A program made the position numbers and the translations under genes. A DNA stretch of 64,000 nucleotides from assembly GCA_036380095.1 (NCBI GenBank), contig DASVFK010000250.1, positions 24,125-88,124 of the forward strand. The letters are read 5' to 3'. Positions 61,724-64,000 of this stretch are shown one piece after another. The notes under the pieces are model-generated. The model worked only from the letters and a program-made list of their open reading frames with translations, was not told the origin of the DNA and searched no databases. Source of the stretch: Candidatus Angelobacter sp. GTDB taxonomy: Bacteria; Acidobacteriota; Terriglobia; Terriglobales; Acidobacteriaceae. The first letter of the stretch is position 1; each line of letters begins with the position of its first letter.

Positions 61724-62113
61724 TTACTTTTGCATCTCCTGTTTCTTTTGCTCCTTCATCGCGGCGAATTTCTTCTGCTGCTCCGGAGTGAGAACTGCCA
61801 TGACTTGTGAATGATAATTCTGGTGGATTTCCTTCATCTTGGTTTGTCTCTGGTCGGCGCTCAACGACGTGTCATCGTGCACGGTCTTGAGCTGCGTGAC
61901 TTGCTCCTGCAACAGGGGCTTGATTTTGGCTTTTTGTTCATCCGTCAGTTGCAGTTGCGTAGCCAGTTTCTGCAGTCCCTCTTGCACCTTGGCCTTGGTG
62001 GCTGGGTCCACGGTGGCGGCCTGGTCTCCCGCGCCTTGGGCGAAAGCCGGCAGACAGCCGATCGCCACAAACACGGCACACACCAGCGCCAGCACTTGTA
62101 TTTTCCTGCTCAT
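61724..62113 (-). CDS. periplasmic Spy/CpxP-family (LTXXQ motif) protein
   Basis: ATG 62113 follows GGAGG. Signal peptide MSRKIQVLALVCAVFVAIGCLPAFAQ, two LTXXQ motifs (LTDEQ, LTPEQ), helical and Lys/Gln-rich. Confidence 0.75.
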   Translation of the reverse strand: MSRKIQVLALVCAVFVAIGCLPAFAQGAGDQAATVDPATKAKVQEGLQKLATQLQLTDEQKAKIKPLLQEQVTQLKTVHDDTSLSADQRQTKMKEIHQNYHSQVMAVLTPEQQKKFAAMKEQKKQEMQK

Positions 62114-62330
62114 AATGATTTTTCCTCCGTTGAGATGGCCTACATTATTCTGTGACGAAAAGGCGCGTTCGGGGCTTTTGTTGTGAGATGCGCATGTGCG
62201 GCTGAGAGGGGCCCCCGAAAAACTACTTAATCCTTCAATGGACGAGTCTTCAATCAGGTCCAGGATTGCAGCGGGTCCACTGGCCCGATACACTTTCGAG
62301 CGCGTGAGATTTTATTGAAGGAGCAACCGT

Positions 62331-64000
62331 ATGATTCGCCGCCTTATGGCAACCGGCGTTATGCTGGGATTCACAAGCCTGATTGGCGCCGCCCAGTCGC
62401 CCTCTGCCCCGCCCGCGCCCGACGCCCGCAAAGCGGCCATCGCTCGCGACGTGGCGCGCATGGCACGGACCGGCGCCGCATTCGCTCCCAGCTTCTCGCC
62501 CGACGGAAAGTGGGTCAGCTTCATCACCAACATCAGCGGCGCGCCTCAGGTGTGGACGGTCCCGGTGGAAGGCGGCTATCCCCGCATGGTAACCAACGGC
62601 GACGATCCGGTGGTTTCGCAACAGTGGTCGCCCGCGGGCGACCTGCTCGCCGTGACCATTGCTCCCGGCGGCGGATTGAATTCGCAGGTCTACGTGGTGA
62701 AGCCCGACGGTACCGGCATGCGCCTGCTTACTCAGGGCGGCAAAGACAACAACGGCTTTGATGCCTGGACGGACGACGGCGAACAGATCGCCATCGATTC
62801 CAGCCGCCTTGATCCCGCCTCACGCGACTCGTTCGTGATCGATTTGGCCACGGGCGACGTTCGGCTGGTGGCCCGCAATCCCGGCGTAGGGAGTATCGAG
62901 AACATTTCCCGCGACGGCAGACGCGCGGTGCTCTCTCGCGTGAAGAGTCGCGGTGACAACAACCTCTTTCTGCTCGATCTCGCCTCCGGGAAAGAGACCC
63001 TGCTCACCAAACATGAGGGGATTGCCCAGTTCGGCGGCCAGCTTGCACCGGATGGCTCCGCCGTCTACCTCAACGGCAACAAGGACCGCGACCTGTTTGC
63101 CCTGGCGCGCATCCGCATCGCGGCTGACGGGACTGCCGGCAACATGGAGGTGCTGGTGGAGCGCCCCGATGCCGAACTCGATGGCGTAGAACTCAATATC
63201 CAGGGCACGCTGGCCGCATTGCTGTGGAACGTGAAAGGCCGCGAGGAGCTTTCTTTTTACGACATCGCCAAAGGCAAACACATACCCGGGCCCAAACTTC
63301 CCGGAGAGCTGGCGGGCGGAATGGCTTTCTCGCGTGACGGCTCCAAACTGGCGCTGAATGTCTCCGGCGCCACGCAACCCTCTGACCTCTGGATCATGGA
63401 CGTTAACACCAAACAGTTTCGCCAGCTGACGTTTAGTCCGCATCCAGGAATTGATTTGAACGCGCTGGTGCGGCCGGAGTTGGTCACGTTTCCTTCTTTT
63501 GACGGCTTGCAACTCAGCGGCTGGCTCTACAAACCAAAAAACCAACCAGGCCCAGGCGCGTACGTCGTCAGCTTCCACGGTGGCCCGGAAGGACAGGAGC
63601 GTCCGGCCTTCCGCAGCGATTATCAGGCGCTGCTGGCGCAGGGCATCGGCGTGTTTGCTCCCAACGTGCGCGGCTCGTCGGGCTTCGGCAAGAAGTTCGT
63701 CAACCTGGATAACGGCGAGCTGCGCTTCAACGGAGTAAAGGACATCAAGGCCTGCGTGGACTACCTGGTCAACAATCGTCTGGCCGATCCCAAACGCATC
63801 GGCATCACCGGCGGCTCCTATGGCGGATACATGACCATGGCCGGCCTCACCGAATATCCCGATCTTTTTGCCGCTGGGGTCGATCTGTTCGGGATCGTCA
63901 ACTTCATGACCTTCTTCGAGCACACGCAGCCGTGGATGGCAGCCATCTCCACTATCGAATACGGCGACCCTAAAACGCAGAAAGAGATGCTGGACCGCCT
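62331..64000 (+). CDS. S9 family serine peptidase (prolyl oligopeptidase/dipeptidyl-peptidase type), runs off the right window edge
   Basis: Not in the track because no stop lies in the window. ATG 62331 follows GAAGGAG. Signal peptide MIRRLMATGVMLGFTSLIGAAQ, beta-propeller-like N-terminal part (SPDGKWVSF, SRDGRRAV, SRDGSKLAL) and catalytic Ser context GITGGSYGGYMT. Confidence 0.85.
   Translation, partial: MIRRLMATGVMLGFTSLIGAAQSPSAPPAPDARKAAIARDVARMARTGAAFAPSFSPDGKWVSFITNISGAPQVWTVPVEGGYPRMVTNGDDPVVSQQWSPAGDLLAVTIAPGGGLNSQVYVVKPDGTGMRLLTQGGKDNNGFDAWTDDGEQIAIDSSRLDPASRDSFVIDLATGDVRLVARNPGVGSIENISRDGRRAVLSRVKSRGDNNLFLLDLASGKETLLTKHEGIAQFGGQLAPDGSAVYLNGNKDRDLFALARIRIAADGTAGNMEVLVERPDAELDGVELNIQGTLAALLWNVKGREELSFYDIAKGKHIPGPKLPGELAGGMAFSRDGSKLALNVSGATQPSDLWIMDVNTKQFRQLTFSPHPGIDLNALVRPELVTFPSFDGLQLSGWLYKPKNQPGPGAYVVSFHGGPEGQERPAFRSDYQALLAQGIGVFAPNVRGSSGFGKKFVNLDNGELRFNGVKDIKACVDYLVNNRLADPKRIGITGGSYGGYMTMAGLTEYPDLFAAGVDLFGIVNFMTFFEHTQPWMAAISTIEYGDPKTQKEMLDR

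Noticed and set aside
62820-63923. 367-aa minus-strand ORF at the right end of the window
   Set aside because: It is antisense to an open plus-strand frame from ATG 62331 that encodes a clear S9 peptidase (GGSYGGYMT) with RBS and signal peptide. The minus ORF has shadow-frame composition.
1-64000. Scan for CRISPR arrays, tRNA/rRNA genes, transposases, integrases and prophage genes
   Set aside because: I saw no regularly spaced direct repeats, no cloverleaf-like or rRNA-like segments in the intergenic regions inspected, and no ORF with DDE, tyrosine- or serine-recombinase or phage structural motifs. A proper tRNAscan/Infernal run could still find small RNAs that I missed.

Overview
GC-rich bacterial chromosomal segment, probably Acidobacteriota. 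This is inferred from two ADOP-type duplicated MacB-like permeases, many secreted Ig/PKD proteins and REP-like intergenic repeats; no marker gene is present. I count about 45 protein genes and saw no rRNA, tRNA, CRISPR array, transposase or integrase. Two genes are missing from the ORF track because they run off the window edges: a TPR-CHAT protein (1..2894, minus) and an S9 peptidase (62331..64000, plus). Layout: (i) 1-13 kb holds housekeeping and accessory genes (OMP, two ADOP permeases, acyl-CoA synthetase, XRE regulator). (ii) 13.5-26.3 kb is a tightly packed Opp/Dpp-type peptide ABC importer running straight into an ECF sigma factor that is translationally coupled (TAGATG) to a TPR-CHAT caspase-like protein. 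A soluble anti-sigma-like protein and two S8 subtilases carrying a repeated QSISPILG motif follow. (iii) 26-33.6 kb is housekeeping (M28 peptidase, rsgA, acyl-CoA dehydrogenase, HIBADH-like). (iv) 33.8-54.2 kb is the most unusual part. It holds three tandem paralogs of a ~1050-aa secreted protein with an unassignable Cys-rich N-terminal domain plus PKD/Ig repeats, and each has a long low-GC leader carrying GTGAT/ATCAC motif arrays. Three paralogous ~290-aa secreted beta-propeller-like proteins are interleaved with them. Next comes a Tat-dependent multicopper oxidase, a SCO1-cytochrome c fusion, and a membrane-anchored redoxin whose active-site Cys codon is an in-frame TGA (predicted selenocysteine). 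(v) 54-64 kb holds a MITE-like inverted-repeat element, a DehI-family protein, a chloroperoxidase-like hydrolase, a cytochrome c, a PKD/Ig glycosidase-like protein, an 80-aa HisKA-only mini-protein, a Spy/CpxP-like protein and the S9 peptidase. All product calls come from motif recognition by eye; no database search was run.
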